Part shown: one piece after another, positions 53,830 through 64,000 of the stretch
Position numbering within the stretch: the first letter of the stretch is position 1
How the letters are laid out: each line of letters opens with the position of its first letter
Assembly (NCBI RefSeq): GCF_001194135.2
Contig: NC_069003.1
Coordinates: forward strand, 18,800,101-18,864,100
Reading direction: 5' to 3'
Length of the DNA stretch: 64,000 nucleotides
Source of the DNA: Octopus bimaculoides
Lineage: Eukaryota
Translations under genes and position numbers: made by a program
The notes under the pieces: generated by a model
Told to the model about the DNA's origin: nothing
What the model saw: only the letters and a program-made list of their open reading frames with translations
Database searches by the model: none

Positions 53830-54240
53830 CTTCTTTCTAAAGGATATACAGCTGTAGTTTATATTTTTTAATCAGTATGTTTTCCGTATTTAAATGGAAT
53901 TGGGTTGAAGTGTTTCCAGTGCATTGATAGAGAGGGAAGATTTGGTCTTGGTGCTGGCTAACGGGGATTTTTCTAGTGGTGAGGTCCTGGATTTGTTGTC
54001 TGTGCACCATAAGTCTATCCCTCATAGTTAAGCTTGTTTGACCAATGTAGTCTCCACCACAACCTCCACATTTAAGAACATAGATTAAGTTCTTCAAAGC
54101 ACAGGTGAAGTCATATTTTATGGTAAAAGTTTGACCCGACTTAAATTTCTATGTTGAGCCCTCTAAGAGAAAGGTGCAAGTTCCGCAGTTAGGCGGTTAC
54201 ATCTTTTTGACTTGTGGGGTTGTATTTTTGGTGGGTAATT
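53830..54240 (-). mobile_element. Second Penelope-like element remnant (Cys-rich linker and GIY-YIG)
   Basis: KRCNR..C..C..LLEG, FTIKYDFTCALKNLIYVLKCGGCGGDYIGQT and RDRLMVHRQQI. Confidence 0.88.
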
Positions 54241-55160
54241 TGGCGCTGGCGAGTAATTTTAGCATTATCGTGATGGAAGATGACACCCTTTCTGTTAACC
54301 AAAGATGCTCACTTTTAGCTCAGAACTGTTTTCAAGCGACAAAGTTGCTCACATCAAAGTTTAGCATTAATTGTTTGGTTGTTGTCCAACAGTTCATAGT
54401 GAATTACTCCTCTAATATCCCACCATACACTCAACATGAACTTATTTGGATGAAGTCCTGCTCTCAGTTGTTGAATGGACGTCCTCCTTGACTAATCCAA
54501 GAACGGCAGCATTTAACATTATGGTAAAGAATCCACTTCCCATCACCTGTAACAAGCCTGTCTAAAAATGTTGCTTGAAAGTGTTGCGAAAGCAATGTTT
54601 GACAACAAGCAGCACACTGTTGTTGATTCTCTAGAGACAGCTCATGAGGAACCCATTTTCCAGCCACTGAAACCTTTAGCTGGCGTACCACGGTTGTATG
54701 GGCCACGTTTAACTATTCTGCAAATTCCTTAGTGGTAATGGTAGAGTTCTCTGAAACAAGGGCTTCCAACATTTTGGAATCAAGTTTTTTTGGACAACCC
54801 TCTTTTGCCTCTTCTTTCAAAGTGAAATCACCACTTTGGAAACGGGAAAACCACCTCCTGCAACTTCTTTCATTCACTACATCATCCCCATAAGTGCTCT
54901 GAATAGATCTTGCTGCTGCACTTGCATTAAAACCTTTATGAAACTCATAGAGTAAAACATTTCTTATGTGATCTTTAGGTGGGACAAACATAGTGGTAAA
55001 ATTTTCTGAGAATAATGGCCAGAAGTTAGATAATCTGAAAGAAAATAGTATAAATTAGACACAGAGATATCTTAAAACGATAAAAGAGGTTTAAAAATTG
55101 ATAAAATGACTTTGGAACATTTTTCTAGAAATTGGACATTACTTTTGCACCAACCTGATA
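54240..55160 (-). mobile_element. Mariner, 5' two thirds, 3'-truncated
   Basis: TIR tatcaggttggtgcaaaagt; HIRNVLLYEFHKG, WVPHELS, LVTGDGKWILY and HHDNA. Confidence 0.9.
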
Positions 55161-55977
55161 TACATTTATTTATATGTGTGTGTGTGTANNNNNNNNNNNN
55201 NNNNNNNNNNNNNNNNNNNNNNNNNNNNNNNNNNNNNNNNNNNNNNNNNNNNNNNNNNNNNNNNNNNNNNNNNNNNNNNNNNNNNNNNNNNNNNNNNNNN
55301 NNNNNNNNNNNNNNNNNNNNNNNNNNNNNNNNNNNNNNNNNNNNNNNNNNNNNNNNNNNNNNNNNNNNNNNNNNNNNNNNNNNNNNNNNNNNNNNNNNNN
55401 NNNNNNNNNNNNNNNNNNNNNNNNNNNNNNNNNNNNNNNNNNNNNNNNNNNNNNNNNNNNNNNNNNNNNNNNNNNNNNNNNNNNNNNNNNNNNNNNNNNN
55501 NNNNNNNNNNNNNNNNNNNNNNNNNNNNNNNNNNNNNNNNNNNNNNNNNNNNNNNNNNNNNNNNNNNNNNNNNNNNNNNNNNNNNNNNNNNNNNNNNNNN
55601 NNNNNNNNNNNNNNNNNNNNNNNNNNNNNNNNNNNNNNNNNNNNNNNNNNNNNNNNNNNNNNNNNNNNNNNNNNNNNNNNNNNNNNNNNNNNNNNNNNNN
55701 NNNNNNNNNNNNNNNNNNNNNNNNNNNNNNNNNNNNNNNNNNNNNNNNNNNNNNNNNNNNNNNNNNNNNNNNNNNNNNNNNNNNNNNNNNNNNNNNNNNN
55801 NNNNNNNNNNNNNNNNNNNNNNNNNNNNNNNNNNNNNNNNNNNNNNNNNNNNNNNNNNNNNNNNNNNNNNNNNNNNNNNNNNNNNNNNNNNNNNNNNNNN
55901 NNNNNNNNNNNNNNNNNNNNNNNNNNNNNNNNNNNNNNNNNNNNNNNNNNNNNNNNNNNNNNNNNNNNNNNNNNNNN

Positions 55978-56830
55978 CTGCATCCAAGAAGTAAGATGGA
56001 GAGGAGGTTCCACTAGGTTCCTCACAGGCAAAGAACACAGGTATAAGATTTTTGGGGCAGGGAACACTGACAGGGTTGGGGTTGTGGGTATACTTCTTGT
56101 GGAGAAATGGGCTGATAAGGTAATCGAGGTAGTCAGAGTATGTGACAGAATACTTAAGATTAGATTAGTGCTTCATTATAGGTTAGCAACCATTATCTCG
56201 GCCTATGTCCCTCAACTGGGGCTGCCTGATGTGCAGAAAGACCGATTTTATGACACCCTCTTGCAGACTACCTCGTTGACGAATGACAGGGACCTTCTCT
56301 TTGTGGCTGGGGACTTCCATGGACATGTTGGACAATATGCAGGGAGCTTCCATGGCGTACATGGAGGCTTTGGCTTTGATTCCAGCAACGAGGAGGGAAC
56401 TAGATTGCTGGAGTTCTGCAATACTAACTTCAGGAAACCTGCCAGTCACCTAGTTACCACCTACCGTTCTGGCAGGCACACTAGCCAAATTGACTACATC
56501 CTCGCCAGAAAAAGGGAAAGAGGGCTGCTTATAAATGCCAAAACCTTCCCAGGCGAAGAATGTACCCCTCAACATAGACTAGTAGTTAGCGACTTTGGGA
56601 TCAGGGCTAAATGGATGCCCAGAAGACGACCAGCATGGAAGAGAAGGGTCTGGAAGCTTAAAGATCCTGCAAACGGACAGAGATTTAGAGACATATTACT
56701 CGAAGCCTTTCATGAAATAGAAGAGGATATAGCATCAAATGATGTAGAAGACAACTGGAGGTTTCTACAGGACAACCTGCTGAGAGCCACTGACCTGATC
56801 TGTGGATGGTGCAAAGTCCCCTCTCAACCC
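55978..56830 (+). mobile_element. RTE LINE apurinic-endonuclease domain fragment, about 280 open codons
   Basis: CIQEVRW, IISAYVPQ, VAGDFHGHVG and SQIDYIL; lacks DVNDLMIC relative to the 25135 copy; starts at a gap and ends on SINE sequence. Confidence 0.92.
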
Positions 56831-57207
56831 AAGGAAAATGTCATCTACTATAACCTTTGGCCAACCAAAGCCCTGTGAGTGGATTTGGTAGACAGAAACT
56901 GAAAGAAGCCCATCGTATATGTACATATCTATGTGTGTGTGTCTTTGTGTCTGTTTTTTCTCCCATCATTGCTTGACAGCTGATGTTATATCCTTATAAC
57001 TTAGTGATTTAGCAAAAAGAGACCAATTGAATGAGTACTAGGCTTAGAAAGAATAAGTCCTGGGGTCAATTTCTTTGACTAAAAAACCTGCATTCAAAAT
57101 GACTGAAACAAGTAAAAGAATAAAAGAATATACAGAAGTAAGCACATAAATGCAAAACAAGGTGGAAAAAATAGTAATTGAACACTAAAGACAGAGTAAT
57201 ATGCTTT

Positions 57208-57361
57208 TTATTAAAGCTGGAAGAATTTTCACTAACTGTTACTCAGAGTTTCACATCACTGTTTATCAAACAGTTGTGATCATACTCTCTGTACAATCAA
57301 AACAATCTGATGAACTTGAAACTGAGTGACAGTTTGTGAAGATTTTTCAGCTTTAATAAAA
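57208..57361. mobile_element. Foldback element with an inverted pair of hammerhead relics
   Basis: Arms ttattaaagctg...actcagagtttc and gaaactgagt...cagctttaataa; left flank agtaagcacataaatgcaaaacaagg is shared with about 44468. Confidence 0.7.
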
Positions 57362-57861
57362 CGTATATATATATATATAGATTACAAGAATAATCTCTAC
57401 ACCACATAATATAAATATTAATGAAAAAAAAAAGCATGATTAACAGTATTAAGCATTTTAATTTTTTAGTTTTTTTCAGTATTCACACACTTTCTAAATT
57501 ACATAATTGTCAAAAGGCTATTTAACGAAGTGCCATGCTGTATTTAGTTACATATCTTCCTCTGAGTTCTGAGTTCCAAGTTCTTATCTTTGGCAGTCAA
57601 CTTAAACTGCGGTTGGTTAGTTTACTCACTTATAATGAGCCCTCTCTCTCTCTTCCACTTCTCTACATATTTGTGGTCTTGTATCAATAATCCAAGAAAC
57701 CATTATTATTCCATTCTAAGAATCATGTGTTTATTGCATCAGATTATATAATAAGTTAATTAGTTTCATATTTTATACTCATTAAAAGTTATATTAATTA
57801 CTTCAGAACTGTTTTCACAAACATTTCTATAAAAGGAAAGAAATGTTTTTTGATATATTAG

Positions 57862-58185
57862 GTGCAGTCATGGTTGCGTGGTAAGAAGTTTGCTTCCTAA
57901 CCACATGGTTTTTGGTTCAGTCCCACTACGTGACACTTTGGGTGTCTTCAAAATATTACCCCAGGCCAACCAAAAATTATGTGAGTACATTTGGTTGATG
58001 GAAACTAAAAGATGCCTGTTTTGTGTGTGTGTGTGTGTGTCTTTGTGTTTGTCCCACACCACTGCTTGACAACTGGTATTAGTTTGTTTACATCCCCACA
58101 ACTTAGCGGTTTGGCAAAAAAGAACAAACCCCTCAAGACAGTGCCCTAGCATAGCTGCTGCCCAATGACTAAAACAAGTAAAAAA
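57862..58185 (+). mobile_element. SINE family A
   Basis: Head, body and tail present; a further body and tail at 56835-57128. Confidence 0.8.
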
Positions 58186-58319
58186 TGTTTTAAAACTAGT
58201 AATGGCAAGGACCGATCAGAGGATGTTGAGCCTCATGGAGGAAATGACAATGGACCAAGATGTCTGGCGATATGAGGTTCTTGAAAAGACCCACCCATGT
58301 CAGTGAAACTGAGTTCTAG

Positions 58320-59550
58320 AAGTGGTGTGTGCCCCACCCACACTTAACAAGAAAATTTCTCACACACTATACCACAACAAACCAAACTACATCTCTACAT
58401 CTGCACTATGCTTACTTCTCACTCCCCAATCCTATCCTCTAAGCCCTATCTCACTGTATCATTGCTATCCACTAGCCCCACTGACCTGTGTGTTTCACCC
58501 ACACACCCTGTCTCATGCTAGCCCCCCCCCCCCAATCTGTGTGTTCCATCCACACGCCCTGTCTCGCTGTATCATTGCTNNNNNNNNNNNNNNNNNNNNN
58601 NNNNNNNNNNNNNNNNNNNNNNNNNNNNNNNNNNNNNNNNNNNNNNNNNNTCACACACCCTACCCGAACAAACCAATCTACATCTCTTCTCTTCCTCACA
58701 TTTCCTCCTTCATACACTATGCCTACCTCACTCCCCAAATCCTGTCCTCACAGCCCTGTTTCTCTGTATCTTTGCTATCCAGTAGCTTCCTCACTCTATA
58801 TATACCCAGGTTTTCGCCACTCACTTCACACCCACCTCTCCACACTCTAATCGCACTTCTTTTGCAATATCCTACCACTTATATTATGCCGTTTGAACCT
58901 CAAGGGTATGCCCTGGTACTTGCCACCATCTATATCTCTCTCTCTACTCAACCATCCCATTCATATTCTGATCCCTCTTCCTTGTGAGTATGCCTGGTAC
59001 TTTGCCATCATCTCTGTCCTGCTGTCTACCATTCTCTCTCTCTCTCTCCTTCTCCTGCCTATCCCTTAAGTTGGGTAACCATGTATCTTCTTTGTGGCAG
59101 CACACCTGTTTCTGTCTTCATTCCTGATCTCTCTCTCTCTCTGGCTGAGTAACCTTGTACCTCGTCTACAGCAAGACACCTGTTTCCTCTCTCACTATAA
59201 CCTTATATCTTCTGACACAAGATCACCTCCTCCAATGCCCTCTCCCTTCTCAAAAGATTTTTTCTTCTTCTTGTAAGTACTTGGTGAGCCTGTCAGTGCA
59301 TTTGGAAGGGCATCCAACTGTAAAAAAACCTTGCCAAAGCTGACCTCACCTATGCTTGTGCTACATAAAAAAGCACTAAGTCCACTCTGCTGAGTGGTGG
59401 GTGTTAGGAAGGGCATCCAGGTGTAAACATCCTACCAAAACAGTCACAGAAGTCTGTTGCAGGCTTCTGCCTGGCTGGCTCCTGTCAAACCATCCCACTC
59501 ATGCCAGCATGGAAGGTGGACATTAAACAATGATGTTGATGATGATGATG
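58320..59550 (+). mobile_element. C/T-rich repeat with imperfect internal direct repeats, joined to an RTE-type 3' tail
   Basis: acaaaccaa.ctacatctc...cactatgc.tac...ctcactcccca block on both sides of the gap; (GAT)n tail at about 59530-59550. Confidence 0.5.
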
Positions 59551-60407
59551 CATTCATAATTTCAACATCGTTGTTGTCATTGTTGCTATTGTTTTAATGT
59601 CTACTTTTCTGTGCTTGCCATGGATCAGGCAGGATTCATTGAGGCAGATTGCTACAGCTGTACATTGTTCCTATCACCAACCCTCACTTCCTCTCTAGCA
59701 AGGTAATATTTTCCCCTAGTCCAGATATGTTTTCATGGGAGATTTCAAATATGCAACACTGCTTGTATGATGGTGATGTTTGTTTATAATTAGAGTTTGA
59801 TCTCAAGAGTAGGAGTCAACCACACAAGCATCCAATGGGTTTTCTTTTCAGTTTCTCTTCTGCCTAATTCACTTGCAAGGCTTTGGTCAGTCTGGAGCTA
59901 TAAAAGAAGATACTTGTCCAGGGGACTGAACCTGAGACCAGGTGGTTATGAAGCAAACTTAACCACACAGCCTTCTCTACTTGTTGTTATTGGCTCAAGC
60001 ATTTAGTTTTCCTGTTAAATAACTTAAGTTCTTTTTGTTTAACCCCAGGTCAATTCTGCAGATCTATGTTTAAAGAGATTCCAACCCATGGCCACCTCAT
60101 CTTTTTCTCAGGCATAGTGTATAATGAGCCAACAAGGAAACCTCTATGTGGTTGCTATGCCTAGTAGAAATAGCATCCAAATTCCTTTGAAACCACATCT
60201 TAGCCTAAAAAAAAACAAAAAACAAAAAGGATACTGAGTATTATAGTCATAGATACATTGTTTGAAAATAAGCTGGAACGGTCATGACTGAAGTAGTGTG
60301 ATGATAGGCCAGCTTGTTTTGAGCTGATCTAGAACTAAACAACAAACACCACCACTACCTTAGCTAACAGCCCACTGGGTTGTTTTGTCTTGAGTTGCCA
60401 TGTAGAG

Positions 60408-60508
60408 CAGTAGTTCTCAACCAAGGTCTATATAAGATTTTGGGGGGTTCTACAGAAAAAAATAGTAACCAAAGAGGTCCTTAGATGAAATATGGTTGAG
60501 AACCCCTG
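60408..60508. mobile_element. Short hAT-like MITE
   Basis: TIRs cagtagttctcaacc and ggttgagaacccctg; flanks atgtagag and gtgtagag. Confidence 0.8.
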
Positions 60509-60516
60509 GTGTAGAG

Positions 60517-60929
60517 CAATGGTTCTGAACCAGGGTCCACATGACTTCTTGGTGGTGGTGGGGGGTCATATAATAATAATTTTTTTAGTGGTGGTGGTCC
60601 ATACAAGCAAAACAGTAAGTTGGTGGTCAACAATGATATTTTAGGGGTTAATAAAAAAAAAACTTTGCTTTATGTATATTTATTGTGAGAAAAAACTAGG
60701 TTTCTTTGTCTAACGCTTAACATAGTTCAACATATTTCCAGCCACTGAAATGTGTTTTCGCAGAGAAGGTTATTACAAACCTACACAAGTGAACGGGTTT
60801 AAAACAAAATAGGAATTTTGAAAGAAGCATCTCTAAAACTAGTTTTTAAACATGGAATGGCTATGGGGTTCCACCAAAGTAAAATAGTAATTAAAGGAGT
60901 CTAAAAAAAAAAAAGGTTGAGAACCATTG
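60517..60929. mobile_element. hAT-like MITE (413 bp)
   Basis: TIRs caatggttctgaacc and ggttgagaaccattg; flanks gtgtagag and atacagag. Confidence 0.8.
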
Positions 60930-61165
60930 ATACAGAGGCTTATCCCTGTGTGTGATACCAGTAGATAGATATACATGAATAAATAATGATTATAAACATT
61001 TGCTATGAATGAATACTCAGTATCATATCATACAGACTTTAGATTGGCTGGTAAGAACACAAAATATTAAAGTTATTAACCCCAGTTCGCCTTGCTTTGA
61101 GTCCTAGACTCCTGCTGGCACCGTAGAAGCTCCATTATGATAAACAGTGTCTTTTATTTTTTTAA

Positions 61166-61336
61166 GCCTTTAGCATTCATATTACTCTGTCAAATGTAAT
61201 AACATCTGATTATGATGTGATTGTTTATTTTTAGAATGATGTTGTAGGGTAGGTGCAAGAGGCCAGATCTGGTCAGTTTGAACATAAAACAGGTAGAATA
61301 TTTTGACCAGATATGACCAGTTTAAATACTGAAGGG
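61166..61336. mobile_element. piggyBac-like MITE P1
   Basis: TTAA at 61162-61165 and 61337-61340. Confidence 0.8.
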
Positions 61337-61874
61337 TTAAACTTAAATTCACCAACCTAACCAAATATCATAAACTAATTTGTCTGAAAGTGTTTGATAC
61401 TGCCATCTATTTGCCTGCCGTGTCCAAATCTAAAAGAGCCATTCCTGTGATTGGCTTCAACAACAAGTTCAATAGACTTGATGTCTCTACTCCTTTTCTT
61501 TCGCTTCATCTTCATGTCACTACTGCGATAGTCACTGTTTTCTGAAAATCCTGGCTGTCTAAACATAAGGCTTACTTTATTTTATTGAATGATGTATTGG
61601 TACTCCGAGTCCTATAATTGGTAAGTCCAGTGACTTGCCAAGGCAATAAGATAGATATGTGGTTGATATCTTGTATGCTTCACCACCTTCTTTTTAATCT
61701 GCCTGTAAATTTGTGCCTTTAATTTCAAAAGCAGTTAATTGTAAAGTTTATTTTGTTTTAAAATCTTTTGTTTTTTAATCTTCTATTCAAATTTGAGTGA
61801 AATCATTTAAATACACTTGTTTTTAAAGAATTTATTATATCAAGGGGTTGTGTCATTATGCCAATGACAAACAC

Positions 61875-62359
61875 TTTTATTATTATTATGATTATTATTG
61901 AGTGAGAGAGCAGTGCATGCCATCAAAGTGACACTGGATTAAAATATACGAAGCCCGGTATACCCATCATGACTACCAGTCTGATAAGGGCACACCAGGT
62001 GCATGCATCACAACCATATGTGCGCAATATAGTGATCTCATATCAAGATAAACAGTGCATGGCCTTGCAGGTGGGACCCAGTTAGAATTTTCTTCAGGTT
62101 GAGTAGCCCATCCCACTCAAAAGGTCCCTGAATAATGGTTTTTTAAGGATGATGAACAAAACACCCATGTTTCCAAAGGTGAATTATCCAAACCCCCAAA
62201 GAATTCCTCTCAACACATGGATATGATGCTCCCCCACTACTTCTGCTCATGATCAGAGATGCACACATCATCAGCCACTAAGGGACATGCTCAACTGGTT
62301 AAGGTCAAGCAACTGACAAGCAAATCTGTGGTATTGAGCAGAATATTTGCTGTAGCCCA

Positions 62360-62362
<3 letters not shown>
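61875..62362 (-). mobile_element. Probable retroelement 3' fragment with (TAA)n tail
   Basis: GC-richer block bounded by (TTA)n; no coding motif recognised. Confidence 0.45.
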
Positions 62363-62402
<40 letters not shown>

Positions 62403-62403
<1 letters not shown>

Positions 62404-62657
62404 GTCAAGACGAAGAACGCGATTCGATCGTAAGATATTTTATTAGTTGAACGATATTTGAACAGTACGTCTGCCTTTGTCAAGTTCAAAATAAGAAATG
62501 ATAAAAATTCAAAATTACAGAAATTTTACGTTTAAATTTCTGTAATTTTGAATTTTTATCACTTCTTATTTTGAACTTGACAAAGGCAGACGTACTGTTC
62601 AAATATCGTTCAACCAATAACATATCTTACAATCGAATCGCACTCTTCGTCTTGACT
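62403..62657. repeat. 255-bp near-perfect palindrome
   Basis: 124-bp arms (62403-62526 and 62534-62657) with 6 mismatches and a 7-nt loop. Confidence 0.95.
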
Positions 62658-63184
62658 GTTTACCTTTGTGAAGAGTTACGTCAATCTTTTTAAAATATAT
62701 TATTATTATCATTATTATTATTGGTCAGTTTGTTTGCATTTAACCAATTGTTTAATTGATTGTTTAATTAATTGTTTGATCAGTCATCTAAACAAAAAGA
62801 CTTTAACAGACAGTTCATCAATTAATTGGTTAAAAGGTTAACAAATTAACATAATAATAATAAAAGNNNNNNNNNNNNNNNNNNNNNNNNNNNNNNNNNN
62901 NNNNNNNNNNNNNNNNNNNNNNNNNNNNNNNNNNNNNNNNNNNNNNNNNNNNNNNNNNNNNNNNNNNNNNNNNNNNNNNNNNNNNNNNNNNNNNNNNNNN
63001 NNNNNNNNNNNNNNNNNNNNNNNNNNNNNNNNNNNNNNNNNNNNNNNNNNNNNNNNNNNNNNNNNNNNNNNNNNNNNNNNNNNNNNNNNNNNNNNNNNNN
63101 NNNNNNNNNNNNNNNNNNNNNNNNTGTTCCTCTAAATATATCACTGACTTCATGAACAGGAAGTCAAAGTAATTTCCTATATGT

Positions 63185-63251
<67 letters not shown>

Positions 63252-63297
63252 TTGTGTGTGTATATCCTCATGTATACATACATACACGTACACACAC

Positions 63298-63329
<32 letters not shown>

Positions 63330-63468
63330 ACAAACAAATGTATCTTTCTATGAATATATATGTGTTTACATATATGTGTACATATGACATACACATATTA
63401 TACACATGCATGCAAATATATACACACTCATACATACATAGATACATTCAAGCATACACACATGGATA

Positions 63469-63505
<37 letters not shown>

Positions 63506-63866
63506 GTAGATAGATAGATATGAATGTATGTATATTCTGTTGACCATTTTGTTATAGCGGAAGAGAGAGTACATTGGTGTTCAACTCATTTAAACATATG
63601 AAGCTAAACATTTATACACACTTGATAACTGTATATAAATAAATTACATGTATCGCTTTAACACATCCTTACAGATTTATTTCAGACATTTCATATATAC
63701 ACACGTGCACGTGCACGCACATACACATAGCTTGGTTGTTAAGACTGCCTTACTGTATGAGGTATTATTTACATACAACACATATATATACATGTCTGTC
63801 TGTGTGTATGTATGTATGTATATTTATACAAACATGTGCTACACATTCGTATAGATACACGTGTGC

Positions 63867-63923
<57 letters not shown>

Positions 63924-64000
63924 ACAGATGTACATACATAAATACATATACATACACGTGTATGCATGTATATATGTATCAGATGTTTAGTGACTATGTT

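Noticed and set aside
55072-56067. Long ORFs of 270-590 aa in the track
   Set aside because: Composed mainly of N-gap residues; only the RTE endonuclease part is real.
63164-63990. YIYI/CVCV/HTHT ORFs here and throughout the window
   Set aside because: Translations of (AT)n, (TG)n and (CA)n microsatellites.

Overview
AT-rich, microsatellite-dense eukaryotic DNA with several N gaps. The repeat families and composition point to an octopod cephalopod (Octopus); this is my inference, not a database result. No intact protein-coding gene is visible. The window is probably intronic or intergenic, with one good plus-strand exon candidate (42746-42826). Most of it is decayed mobile DNA: tRNA-derived SINEs, RTE-clade LINE fragments (one with an intact PHD-type finger inside the RT region), a CR1/Jockey-like tail, five Tc1/mariner remnants, two Penelope-like (GIY-YIG) remnants, TTAA-flanked piggyBac-like MITEs, hAT-like MITEs and a Merlin-like MITE. 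The most striking signal is a set of minimal type-I hammerhead ribozyme motifs, three with complete catalytic cores (22935-22977, 30300-30337, 41089-41131, all minus strand) plus several relics. Most sit in or next to foldback (long inverted repeat) elements, which suggests a hammerhead-carrying, non-autonomous, probably Penelope-dependent element family. All structures were folded by eye and no searches were run. Most supplied ORFs are microsatellite, gap or antisense-repeat artefacts.
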